Shown here piece after piece: positions 53,473-62,790 of a stretch of DNA of 64,000 nucleotides. The translations under genes were made by a program, and so were the position numbers. Under the pieces are notes generated by a model. The model did not search any database. It was not told where the DNA came from and saw only the letters and a program-made list of their open reading frames with translations. Every line of letters starts with the position of its first letter. Within the stretch, counting starts at the first letter, position 1. The stretch covers positions 1,664,001 through 1,728,000 of the forward strand of contig CAXXUA010000005.1 of the NCBI GenBank assembly GCA_963663765.2, read 5' to 3'. Origin of the DNA: Candidatus Poribacteria bacterium. Its GTDB lineage: Bacteria; Poribacteria; WGA-4E; WGA-3G.

Positions 53473-53553
53473 CAGGACTTACGCACCCACGGTATGCGTG
53501 CTTTGTATGCGGGAATGCCAAAAGGCATTCATACCGTAGGTGCGTAAGTCCTA
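53473..53553. mobile_element. Short CAGGAC-family MITE
   Basis: caggacttacgcacc ... ggtgcgtaagtccta; flanking caata duplication (5-6 bp depending on boundary). Confidence 0.8.
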
Positions 53554-53627
53554 CAATACTAACGGTAGAGTTTAAGAATATATTAGCAAATATTGATATT
53601 CATGTCTACTGAAATGAAACCCCGCGG

Positions 53628-53774
53628 TAGGAGCGACCTCCCGGTCGCGACCGTTCTGATTCATTGTCCCCTTACGGTCGCAACCGTACACCGCACTGGT
53701 AGGAGCGACCTCCCGGTCGCGACCGTTTTCATTCATTGTCCCCTTACGGTCGCGACCAGGAGGTCGCTCCTACC
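53628..53774. repeat. REP/REPIN cluster
   Basis: Two direct GTAG REPs and one inverted copy (ggtcgcgaccaggaggtcgctcctac). Confidence 0.85.
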
Positions 53775-53917
53775 AAGAGGGTAATGATGAAAAAAACACA
53801 TTCCGCGTTTTCTGTGTCCTCTGTGATTCAGACATAATACGTAAGGTTCCTGTTTTATCCGAGTAAGCCGAGATTCTGACAACACATCTGCCAAGACGTT
53901 ACAACACCCATAAATCC

Positions 53918-54282
53918 CAGGGTTATTTAGTTTTAAGAATTATCAGTTAATGGGTGTTACTTAAAGTTTATATCGTAGTTCGGGTAGAGCGTATGCGAAA
54001 CCCGACATGTATTGATTTTGTCTATCATGTCGGGTTTCGCTCACGCTCTACCCATAGGTGTCAACTTAAGGATTCTGACCTCTTGTGGGAGGGGTTTGCA
54101 ACCCCGATTTTATGTTCATTTCCACTCAAATCGGGGTTACAAACCCCTCCCACAAGAGAATATGCCAACACTTTTTTCTTAAGTTGACACCTATGGGTTT
54201 CGCTCACGCTCTACCCGACCTACGATATTAAATCATGAATGTTATAAATATCTGCCAAAATATCTAAAACTGAATAACCCTG
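53918..54282. mobile_element. CAGGG-family MITE containing a nested CATAGG MITE (54053..54195)
   Basis: Perfect 9-bp duplication cataaatcc; inner element has an 18-bp TIR cataggtgtcaacttaag and a perfect 20-bp duplication ggtttcgctcacgctctacc. Confidence 0.9.
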
Positions 54283-54299
54283 CATAAATCCGAATTGAC

Positions 54300-54328
54300 T
54301 TGACTTATTTTATTTCACTCCATATAAT
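54300..54328 (+). promoter_or_regulatory. Putative sigma70 promoter
   Basis: ttgact-N17-tataat. Confidence 0.7.
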
Positions 54329-54368
54329 TGCCATCACAACCTAACAAACATACTGGAGGATTCTGCCG

Positions 54369-55577
54369 ATGGCTAAAACAGTTTGCATCGTGGGAACAAT
54401 GGATACCAAAGGCATAGAATTTGACTTCATCAAAGATCACATAGAAGCAAGCGGTGTTTCAACATGTGTTGTCAATACAGGTATCATGGGAGAACCACAG
54501 TTTACCCCTGATATTTCTGCTGATGAGGTCGCACAAGCTGCACACTCATCACTGAAGGCATTGCGGGATGAAGGCGACCGCGGCAATAGTGTCGCTGTGA
54601 TGGCACAAGGCGCAGCAACGCTTATTGCAGAAAAACATACTGCGGGTGAAATTGACGGTATAATTTCCCTGGGAGGTTCTGCAGGCACTACAATCGGCAC
54701 GACAGCCATGCAGGCATTGCCTGTCGGTGTGCCGAAACTCATGGTCTCCACTCTCGCCTCTGGTGATACAAGTCCTTATGTGCAATCCAAAGACATCTGT
54801 ATGATGTATTCTGTCGTTGACATTGCTGGCATCAATCGCCTGTCACGAGAGATACTTTCAAACGCAGCAGGAGCAATTGTCGGGATGGTCACTGCTGAAA
54901 CACCCCAAGCTACAACAGACAAACCCCTCATCGCTGCAACAATGTTTGGCGTAACCACTCCGTGTGTAACAAAAGCCCATGAAATCCTTGAAGCCGCAGG
55001 ATACGAAGTCCTCGTTTTTCATGCAACAGGCACAGGTGGACGCGCAATGGAAGACCTCGTCAAAGGTGGATTCCTTGCAGCCGTGCTTGACGTAACAACA
55101 ACTGAGCTTGCTGACGAATTGGTCGGTGGCATTCTCAGTGCCGGTCCCGAACGGTTGGATGCTGCAGCACAAGCGGGGTTACCACAAGTCATCGCTCCAG
55201 GTGCTTTAGATATGGTCAACTTCGGTCCACCAGATACCGTCCCAGAAAAGTTCAAGCAACGTCAGTTCTATCAACACAATCCAACGGTCACCCTCATGCG
55301 AACAACCCCTGAAGAAACTGCTGAGTTAGGCAAAATCATGGCACACAAACTCAACGAAGCAAAAGGTCCCACTACCGTCCTCATTCCCACACAAGGTGTT
55401 TCTGCAATTGATATGACAGGACAGCCTTTTGATTCACCCGAAGCGAGAGACGCATGGAGAGAAAACCTAAAGGCACACATCGGCAACAATGTTACGGTCA
55501 TTGAAATGGATGCGCATATCAACGATGACGAATTCGCTACTAAACTTGCTGAAACATTGTTAGAGAATTTGAAATAA
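54369..55577 (+). CDS. Tm-1-like ATP-binding domain protein (UPF0261)
   Basis: GTMDTKG.E, GGSAGT, LPVGVPKLMVST, TMFGVTTPCV, VFHATGTGG, GALDMVNFG, HIND motifs. Confidence 0.9.
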   Translation: MAKTVCIVGTMDTKGIEFDFIKDHIEASGVSTCVVNTGIMGEPQFTPDISADEVAQAAHSSLKALRDEGDRGNSVAVMAQGAATLIAEKHTAGEIDGIISLGGSAGTTIGTTAMQALPVGVPKLMVSTLASGDTSPYVQSKDICMMYSVVDIAGINRLSREILSNAAGAIVGMVTAETPQATTDKPLIAATMFGVTTPCVTKAHEILEAAGYEVLVFHATGTGGRAMEDLVKGGFLAAVLDVTTTELADELVGGILSAGPERLDAAAQAGLPQVIAPGALDMVNFGPPDTVPEKFKQRQFYQHNPTVTLMRTTPEETAELGKIMAHKLNEAKGPTTVLIPTQGVSAIDMTGQPFDSPEARDAWRENLKAHIGNNVTVIEMDAHINDDEFATKLAETLLENLK

Positions 55578-55587
55578 GAGGAATCAC

Positions 55588-56505
55588 ATGCCAAAAACCT
55601 ATAAAACACTGACAGAATCAGATGTCCAACATTTCATAAAGAAGGGACACGTTGTCCTGAAAGACTGCTTTTCGCGCGAATTAGCAGCGGAATGGCGCGC
55701 ACTCGCTTTCAAACGACTCGGCTACGACCCCGACAACCCATCAACTTGGCAGGAACCCCGCATACACATGCCATCCATGAACCGTAAACCTATTCAAGAA
55801 ATTGCTCCGAGAGCCTGGGACGCCATCTGTGACCTACTCGGTGGTGATGATAGAATTGCTAACAGAGAACCGTCATGGAGTGATGGATTCATCATAAACT
55901 TTGCCTTAGGCGCCGATAAAAAATGGATACCGCCTGAAACACATCGATGGGGTTGGCATAAAGATGGAGATTTCTTCCGACACTTTTTGGACAGTCCCGA
56001 ACAAGGACTGCTCACTATCATTGTCTGGTCTGATATTCAACCAAAAAGCGGCGGCACTTTTGTGGCATGCGATTCAGTGCAGCATGTGGCACGGCATCTG
56101 TTTGAAAATCCACAAGGACTCCGACCCGGAGATGGTTTCGGTCAGTTGGTCGAGAAGTGCAAAGACTTTGTAGAAATCACAGGGAACGCAGGGGATGTTG
56201 TGCTTTTGCATCCATTTATCTTGCACTCTGCATCCAACAACCCATCCGGCCGCGCTCGTTTCATCACAAACCCACCAGTTGCACTCAAAGAACCGATGAA
56301 TTTCAACCGTCACAACCCAGACGATTTCTCCCCTGTGGAACTGGCAGTTTTGCGGGGATTAGGTAAAAGCCGCTTAGACTTCAAAACAGAAGCACCGCGC
56401 GAACGTTTAGTACCAGAACGTATCAAACGCCAAAAGAAAATGTTGGAAGAGCAGAAGAAACGGCTTGCAGTGGTAGGAGCGAACTCCCGGTCCCGACCGT
56501 TTTAG
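55588..56505 (+). CDS. Phytanoyl-CoA dioxygenase-like protein
   Basis: F.KKG.V, WHKDG (HxD), GGT, AGDVVLLHPFILHSAS.N motifs. Confidence 0.8.
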   Translation: MPKTYKTLTESDVQHFIKKGHVVLKDCFSRELAAEWRALAFKRLGYDPDNPSTWQEPRIHMPSMNRKPIQEIAPRAWDAICDLLGGDDRIANREPSWSDGFIINFALGADKKWIPPETHRWGWHKDGDFFRHFLDSPEQGLLTIIVWSDIQPKSGGTFVACDSVQHVARHLFENPQGLRPGDGFGQLVEKCKDFVEITGNAGDVVLLHPFILHSASNNPSGRARFITNPPVALKEPMNFNRHNPDDFSPVELAVLRGLGKSRLDFKTEAPRERLVPERIKRQKKMLEEQKKRLAVVGANSRSRPF

Positions 56506-56870
56506 AATCTTGTGGTAGGAGCGACCTCCCGGTCCCGACCGTTTTACAATCTTGTGGTAGGAGCGACCTCCCGGTCCCGACCGTTTTACAATCTTGTGGT
56601 AGGAGCGACCTCCCGGTCCCGACCGTTTTACAATCTTGTGGTAGGAGCGACCTCCCGGTCGCGACCGTATACCGCGCTGGTAGGAGCGACCTCCCGGTCG
56701 CGACCGTATACCGCGCTGGTAGGAGCGACCTCCCGGTCGCGACCGTTTTACAATCTTGTGGTAGGAGCGACCTCCCAGTCGCGACCGTATACCGCGCTGG
56801 TAGGAGCGACCTCCCGGTCGCGACTGTTGTCCTCCCCTTCAATGGTAGGAGCGACCTCCCGGTCGCGACC
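56473..56870 (+). repeat. Array of ten direct GTAG REPs with two recurring linkers
   Basis: REPs at 56473, 56515, 56557, 56599, 56641, 56680, 56719, 56761, 56800, 56845; linkers gttttacaatcttgtg or gtataccgcgctg. Confidence 0.95.
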
Positions 56871-56984
56871 GTTATTTTCAACATAATTCTTGATTAAATC
56901 AAGAAAACTGCGTCCGGCCTGTTCTCTGCTCTTAATTACAATCCTTCCTATCTAATCCCCAAACATCACAGTTCATCAGTTTTA

Positions 56985-57016
56985 TGTAACCTTTTCTTAT
57001 GTTTTGCATTCTTACA
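56985..57016 (+). promoter_or_regulatory. Putative ECF sigma promoter, copy 1
   Basis: tgtaac-N16-cattcttaca; same boxes and spacing at 59439. Confidence 0.65.
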
Positions 57017-57063
57017 TATAAATACACGCTCAAAATTGCAATCAGAAAAAAGGAGAAATAACC

Positions 57064-58377
57064 ATGAAAGAAAATAGTGTAGATGTTTGGAATGACTATC
57101 TGAATACACTTGAAAACCGTGGGCTTGCAACCGTTGATTGGGAAATTGCATCAGATGTTCAGGAAAAGTTAATAGACTTCTTCAAATCAAAAATTGATGA
57201 AGGTGTCTCTGATGGAAAAACGTCGCTTCCCCCCGATTTGACAGTGTACATCTATCGCTTCCCTAAAGAGATGCGGTGGATACTGCGAGTCTATGCTGAG
57301 GGGGCATTAGAAAGCCAGCCAGACAATGGCGCAGCAGCAAAATTCTTGGCGATAGAAACGTTGAACGTACTTAATGTAACAATTCCTTTCAATCAAAAAC
57401 GTCCACTTTTGGAAAAAGCGATGGAACAATTGGCAAAAGATATTGAAATCTGCTTCTTCGCCTTTTTGCAATATGGCTCCTACCATGAAGACGAAGATGC
57501 ACTCCAATCTTTGGAAAAAATGTTTGAGAGACTACAAGATGCTTCTCACGAGACACAAACTACGTGGGTATACCGAATATACGACTATAGTGAAGTCTGG
57601 CAAAATCCAATTGATATCCGTCAGGACCTTAATTCTGACGATCCATTCATTGAACGGTGGAATGTTATATTTAGCAAAATACAAACTATCTTGGAGAAAC
57701 AATTAGAGCAAAAACCCAAAGATTGGGATGCCTCACGGATGTTAGCTAAAATTCACGAAACATTAGGTGACCCTGAAGGGGTGAAAGCAGTTTATAAAGA
57801 AGCACAACCGGTTTTTGAGAAGGTATTGGAGAAAAAACCCAACGATTGGGATGCTCTAAACGCACTCACTAATATCCATGAGAAGTTAGGAAATACCGAA
57901 CTTTCACGCCAATATCAACTAAAGCAGGATCCGACATTAGCATGGGAAGGACAGAACTTGCCCGATTTCTCAGAAGGAACAGTTGACCTTGATGAAAATC
58001 CAATTTCACTTGCGGATTACAAAGGAAAAATCGTGTTACTCGATTTCTGGGCAGTGTGGTGCGGTCCCTGCCTCGGAGAAATACCGAATGTTAAAGAAGT
58101 CTACGAGAAATATCACCACAAAGGTTTTGATGTTATTGGTGTGAGTTTTGACAAAGACGAAGCAGTATTGCGTGAATTCATCAAGGAAAAAGAGATACCA
58201 TGGAAGCAAATTTTGGATAAAGATGGTTTTCGCGGCGTATTTGCAAAGCAGTACGGTGTGAGTGGTATTCCTGCACCATTTCTGATTGATCGTAATGGTA
58301 AGGTACTCTCAGTCAATGCAAGAAATAACCTACTTGGTGAACTCGTTAAAGCAGAGATTGAAGGTAAAAAAGGATAA
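57064..58377 (+). CDS. TPR-containing TlpA/ResA-like thiol-disulfide oxidoreductase
   Basis: Two TPR-like repeats (LE.KP.DWDA..L..IHE.LG); C-terminal KGKIVLLDFWAVWCGPC, YGVSGIP..FLID. Confidence 0.88.
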   Translation: MKENSVDVWNDYLNTLENRGLATVDWEIASDVQEKLIDFFKSKIDEGVSDGKTSLPPDLTVYIYRFPKEMRWILRVYAEGALESQPDNGAAAKFLAIETLNVLNVTIPFNQKRPLLEKAMEQLAKDIEICFFAFLQYGSYHEDEDALQSLEKMFERLQDASHETQTTWVYRIYDYSEVWQNPIDIRQDLNSDDPFIERWNVIFSKIQTILEKQLEQKPKDWDASRMLAKIHETLGDPEGVKAVYKEAQPVFEKVLEKKPNDWDALNALTNIHEKLGNTELSRQYQLKQDPTLAWEGQNLPDFSEGTVDLDENPISLADYKGKIVLLDFWAVWCGPCLGEIPNVKEVYEKYHHKGFDVIGVSFDKDEAVLREFIKEKEIPWKQILDKDGFRGVFAKQYGVSGIPAPFLIDRNGKVLSVNARNNLLGELVKAEIEGKKG

Positions 58378-58464
58378 GTAAAGGTTTTTCTGTAGGTGTG
58401 CCTTGCAAGCGCGCCTACTGCGGATGTTAAATAAATTATGAGTTTTGCAATGTCAGAGAATTAA

Positions 58465-58768
58465 TACCATTTCAAATAAATCTTGTCTCATTAAGGAAGT
58501 CTAATGTTTACTGCCAGGGGGGTACTCGCTTCGGTAGGAGCGACCTCCCGGTCGCGACCGTAAGATCACTGCTGAGATCTCTGGTAGGAGCGACCTCCCG
58601 GTCGCGACCGTCAAACCAAACCTACAACTATCGGTAGGAGCGACCTCCCGGTCGCGACCGTAAGATCACTGCTGAGATCTCTGGTAGGAGCGACCTCCCG
58701 GTCGCGACCGTGTTGTCCCACCTACCAGATTTACGCTGATAATGAGACATTATCACATGAAAATGGTA
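58465..58768. mobile_element. TACCA-family MITE (reverse orientation) with four REPs
   Basis: taccatttcaaataaatcttgtctcatta ... taatgagacattatcacatgaaaatggta; TAA duplicated on both sides. Confidence 0.85.
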
Positions 58769-58804
58769 TAATAAAACAGCGATGGACACAGAGGATAAAT
58801 ACCA

Positions 58805-59419
58805 ATGGATGAACTTCACGACGAAGAATTAATACATCAAAATATAGACGTTGATGATGACGGTGCATTTGAAATCCTTTACCACCGTTATGAAGGTCCA
58901 TTGCTCAGCTTTTTCTACAGACGCGTCGGCAACTGGGAAACCGCACAAGACCTTGTGCAGGAGACGTTCATCAAGGTGCATCAAAATCTACGGAAACTTC
59001 GGAATCCAAAAAGCTTTTCCAGTTGGTTGTATAGTATCGCGCATCAACTCATTGCAGCACATTTCCGTAAAGAGCAGAGAAAACTTGAAATCGGTTCAAT
59101 TGAAGGAAATCCAGAGGCATATTTGGTAGACCTTGAGCATCGTTCACCTATCTATCGCATCATTGCCAAAGAACAAATGGAAATTGTATATGCGCTTGCA
59201 CAACGATTGCCTATTTCCGAACAAGAAGTATTTGAACTGAAACTCGCAAATCCCAAAATGCTGTTGGATGAAATCGCTAAAAAATTGAATATCAACCTAT
59301 CGGCAACTAAAGTTCGATTTTATCGCGCTAAGAAAAGAATTCGTTCCTGGATGAAAACTGAATATCCCGGTGAATTTGATAACATCTTTGGAAAAGAAAA
59401 TGATACAAAAACAGAATGA
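58805..59419 (+). CDS. ECF-family RNA polymerase sigma factor
   Basis: DEELI..AFEILYHRY, AQDLVQETFIKV, FSSWLYSIA, EIAKKLNINLSATKVRFYRAKK. Confidence 0.92.
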   Translation: MDELHDEELIHQNIDVDDDGAFEILYHRYEGPLLSFFYRRVGNWETAQDLVQETFIKVHQNLRKLRNPKSFSSWLYSIAHQLIAAHFRKEQRKLEIGSIEGNPEAYLVDLEHRSPIYRIIAKEQMEIVYALAQRLPISEQEVFELKLANPKMLLDEIAKKLNINLSATKVRFYRAKKRIRSWMKTEYPGEFDNIFGKENDTKTE

Positions 59420-59438
59420 TATAGCAAAATGGATTTTA

Positions 59439-59470
59439 TGTAACCTTTTTAGTCTATATACATTCTTACA
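59439..59470 (+). promoter_or_regulatory. Putative ECF sigma promoter, copy 2
   Basis: tgtaac-N16-cattcttaca just upstream of RBS aaggag. Confidence 0.65.
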
Positions 59471-59487
59471 CTAAAAGGAGAATACAC

Positions 59488-60198
59488 ATGACACCGACTG
59501 ATGTCAAGGAATTGCTAATAACTCTAATCGCAGCACAGGAACTGCAAATCAATGTAGTTGATACAGTACTTGAACGATATCGTGGTGGTTCAGACTACAC
59601 CACCGAAGAACGTATAAAGGATGTTATCCACCAATGGAACAAAGATGGTAAAATCTACACGCGGCATCCCGGGAGAGCAGATATTATGGAGTTTTATACA
59701 AAAACTGACGCTACTTCCCCAACAAAAGAATTGTTGGATTCTTTAGAAGTTGAAGTACTTCTTGAAACCATTATCAAAGAACAAGATCTATCTCTCTCTT
59801 TCACAGACCACGGCTTCAGATTGGTCACTATGGCTGAAAATGATACGTCGCGTTACCCTGTCAAAATACTGCACGGTGGATTTCAGTTAGAGAAACAAAC
59901 AGAGGCTAAGGCTTTAATCCCACAACTAAAGGGTGTCGCGAAGAAATTTGAAATAGTACTAAAGGAGAAGTTCATCAAAGCAAAACTGTTCCACAGAGGT
60001 TTTAGATTAGAGAAAACTTCTGAATCCAACATTCCTCTCACACAGATTAGTGAGATTGCAAAACAGATAGATGATACGCTCGGTATTAACTATAGACTAA
60101 ATTCATATAGGACACCCCCATCCGAAGATGACTTCAAGTCTACCAACTGTATAAGTGCTAATATACGTCCGTCTCTTTGGCGGTTTCCACGACGTTGA
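59488..60198 (+). CDS. Hypothetical protein, internal-repeat family paralogue 1
   Basis: MTPTDVKELL start; repeated DHGFRL / HGGFQL / HRGFRL; GINY; strong RBS. Confidence 0.8.
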   Translation: MTPTDVKELLITLIAAQELQINVVDTVLERYRGGSDYTTEERIKDVIHQWNKDGKIYTRHPGRADIMEFYTKTDATSPTKELLDSLEVEVLLETIIKEQDLSLSFTDHGFRLVTMAENDTSRYPVKILHGGFQLEKQTEAKALIPQLKGVAKKFEIVLKEKFIKAKLFHRGFRLEKTSESNIPLTQISEIAKQIDDTLGINYRLNSYRTPPSEDDFKSTNCISANIRPSLWRFPRR

Positions 60199-60256
60199 AG
60201 GATTCTGTAGAACCAAACTTGACAACATTTCTATTTCAATGAAAGGAGACTGAACT

Positions 60257-60991
60257 ATGAACCCAAGCAAAGTTGAAGAAATACTAAACAGTTTAATCGA
60301 CGAACTCAATCTTCCTATCAATATCTCAGAAAGTGGACCAAAAGTGATTATTAATAGTGATAGTGCAACACGAGAACGAGCAGAAGAGATAGTAAAAGAG
60401 TGGATGGATGGAGAGCATCTGAGTCATGGAATTTCTGTCGGACGCACCGTCGCAGAAATTGATAAACTAACAACACGTCTCGCTTTAGACACGCACCGTT
60501 CATCGGAAGTAAAGACAATCCTCAAATCACTCATTACAGAGCAGGCACTGCCTTTGAAAGTGACTGATTGCGGTTTTCAATTGGAAATCCTAATAGATGA
60601 AAACGTTGACTATCGGAGTGAAGAGATGATAACGCTGGAATCAATGTATGAAAAAGAAGGTATAGACATTCCAGTACGCCATAACGGTTTCATACTACGG
60701 CATAAGGAAGACGACACCGAAGTTCAGTTTTCTGATGCCGAAACATTGGCAAAACATCTCGCGTCTTTGTTGATAGAATACGGACTACACGTAAAATTGC
60801 TCCATATAGGTTTTCAAGTGCATAAAAAGCAAGAAAACGAAATTGATATCGCAGAGGTGGAAGAGTTGACAAATCGGTTAGAAAACATGGTAGGCATCCG
60901 CTATGTCCAAGGCGGTTACGGATACATTGTGCCCGGTTTAGATACAGAAATCCACTGGACACAAGCAGATATAACTACTGCTTTGCCATAG
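60257..60991 (+). CDS. Hypothetical protein, internal-repeat family paralogue 2
   Basis: MNPSKVEEIL start; DCGFQL / HNGFIL / HIGFQV; GIRY; RBS aaggag. Confidence 0.8.
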   Translation: MNPSKVEEILNSLIDELNLPINISESGPKVIINSDSATRERAEEIVKEWMDGEHLSHGISVGRTVAEIDKLTTRLALDTHRSSEVKTILKSLITEQALPLKVTDCGFQLEILIDENVDYRSEEMITLESMYEKEGIDIPVRHNGFILRHKEDDTEVQFSDAETLAKHLASLLIEYGLHVKLLHIGFQVHKKQENEIDIAEVEELTNRLENMVGIRYVQGGYGYIVPGLDTEIHWTQADITTALP

Positions 60992-61078
60992 TTGTCAACA
61001 CATAGACACAAAATTCACATACATATTAATCTGAACGAGTCAAAACCCAAAATAACAAAATTTCTTTGGAGGTAAAAT

Positions 61079-61906
61079 ATGTACCCAAACGATGTGAAAG
61101 ATCTATTGCGATCTTCAGTTACAGAGTTATCGTTGCCAGTTGCGGTTTCGGATTGCGGTCCCCTCTTAATTAGCGATGACGATTCCAATGCAACAAGAGA
61201 CCGTCTCAAAAATATCGCACAACAGTGGATGGACCTTGAAAGAGATGAATGCGACGAAATTCCTAAAATGGTACAAGAAGCAAGGGAAGCTATCGGGTTT
61301 TATGGAAAACATAGAAGCTATAGGACATCTGTAGGAATAACTGAATCTGAGATGTGCGACGAAATAGAACATCTTGCATTAGGCACGAAACGGCTTTCTG
61401 AAGTAAGAGAAATTTTGGAAACCTTGATGGCAGAAAGAAAGCTGCAATGTGATATAAACTACAGCGGCTTTGTTGTCAAAGTCCTTTCAGAAGACCCAAC
61501 AAGGTATCGCGACGCAGAAATGGTAAGACTTGAAACCTTGATAAAAGAACAGAACTTAAAAGTCCAGGTACGCCATAGCGGTTTTAGTTTACCCCGAGCA
61601 AACAAATCCACAGATATACAATTATCAGGAATGCAAGAATTAGCAAACCGCGTGCAGAATACATTAGAAAAACACGGATTGAAAGCATACTTACTCCACG
61701 ACGGTTTTGAACTAATAAAAGACCAAGAATACGAGATAGATCTCGCAGAGATCGAAGAAATAGTACTTCGCTTAAAACTTATGTCTGGAATTAATTATAG
61801 GGTAAGTCAAAACAGTATGGGAGACAATAAAAAAGTAAAACCAGAGTGGAATTTTGATATTAATTGGAACTATGTGAAGCTGTTAACAAGCAGTCCGTAT
61901 TATTAA
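61079..61906 (+). CDS. Hypothetical protein, internal-repeat family paralogue 3
   Basis: MYPNDVKDLL start; YSGFVV / HSGFSL / HDGFEL; GINY; RBS ggaggt. Confidence 0.8.
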   Translation: MYPNDVKDLLRSSVTELSLPVAVSDCGPLLISDDDSNATRDRLKNIAQQWMDLERDECDEIPKMVQEAREAIGFYGKHRSYRTSVGITESEMCDEIEHLALGTKRLSEVREILETLMAERKLQCDINYSGFVVKVLSEDPTRYRDAEMVRLETLIKEQNLKVQVRHSGFSLPRANKSTDIQLSGMQELANRVQNTLEKHGLKAYLLHDGFELIKDQEYEIDLAEIEEIVLRLKLMSGINYRVSQNSMGDNKKVKPEWNFDINWNYVKLLTSSPYY

Positions 61907-61941
61907 TTCAGTTTAGCAACACCCCTACCAACGGAGAATGA

Positions 61942-62688
61942 ATGATGAATCCGAATAAAGTAAAAGAATTACTCAACGCTTTGATTGACGAACTCAAATT
62001 ACCTATCCGTGTTACTGTTACTCATAGTGGACCTATTCTGGTTTTCGGTCCAGGAAGCACTGCTACACGATCACGAGCGAGAGATGTATTAACACAATGG
62101 TCAATTGAAAATAATCGTAGTTGGAACATATCTGTAGGACTACCTATAAACGAGAGGGAAAAGGCTACAACCTGTCTTGCTGTGGACACACATCGCACGA
62201 CAGAAATAAGAAATATACTGGAATCCTTAATCACTGAACAAGCTTTCCCATTGACTGTTGTTGATAGTGGTTTTCAATTGGAAATTCTAACTGATGAAGG
62301 GGTAGACTATCGTAATGAAGATATGATAAATCTGGAAGCACTGTTAGAAAAAGAGAACATAAATGTTCCAGTACGTCATAGCGGTTATAGTCTACACCAC
62401 AAGGAAAATGATGAAGAACTTCTTTTTAGCGAAGCCAATACATTGGCAAATCATCTCTCCTCTTTACTGGTAAGACACGGGTTACATGTACGACTGCTCC
62501 ATAACGGTTTTAGAATACTTAAAAACCAAGAAGACGCAATACATATTGCAGAAGTGAAGGAACTCACCAACAGATTGAAGCTTATGGTTGGTATCCGCTA
62601 TATCCAAGGTGAATATAGATATTCAAATGACGTACAAAATCCTGAAATACATTGGGAATCTGCTGATGTCAATACCGCCTTGCCATAG
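61942..62688 (+). CDS. Hypothetical protein, internal-repeat family paralogue 4
   Basis: Colinear with paralogue 2 (EQA.PL.V.D.GFQLEIL, PVRH.G, GIRY.QG, EIHW..AD..TALP). Confidence 0.8.
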   Translation: MMNPNKVKELLNALIDELKLPIRVTVTHSGPILVFGPGSTATRSRARDVLTQWSIENNRSWNISVGLPINEREKATTCLAVDTHRTTEIRNILESLITEQAFPLTVVDSGFQLEILTDEGVDYRNEDMINLEALLEKENINVPVRHSGYSLHHKENDEELLFSEANTLANHLSSLLVRHGLHVRLLHNGFRILKNQEDAIHIAEVKELTNRLKLMVGIRYIQGEYRYSNDVQNPEIHWESADVNTALP

Positions 62689-62790
62689 TTTCAAAAAATG
62701 CACTGTATTGCGATGTGGGTTGATCCAAACAGATCAATCTCATAATAACAATACATTTAATGAATAACATACAAGATGGAGGATACTCCA

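Noticed and set aside
56473-56870. CRISPR-like repeat-spacer array
   Set aside because: Spacers are 13-19 nt and recur; the repeat is a dispersed REP.
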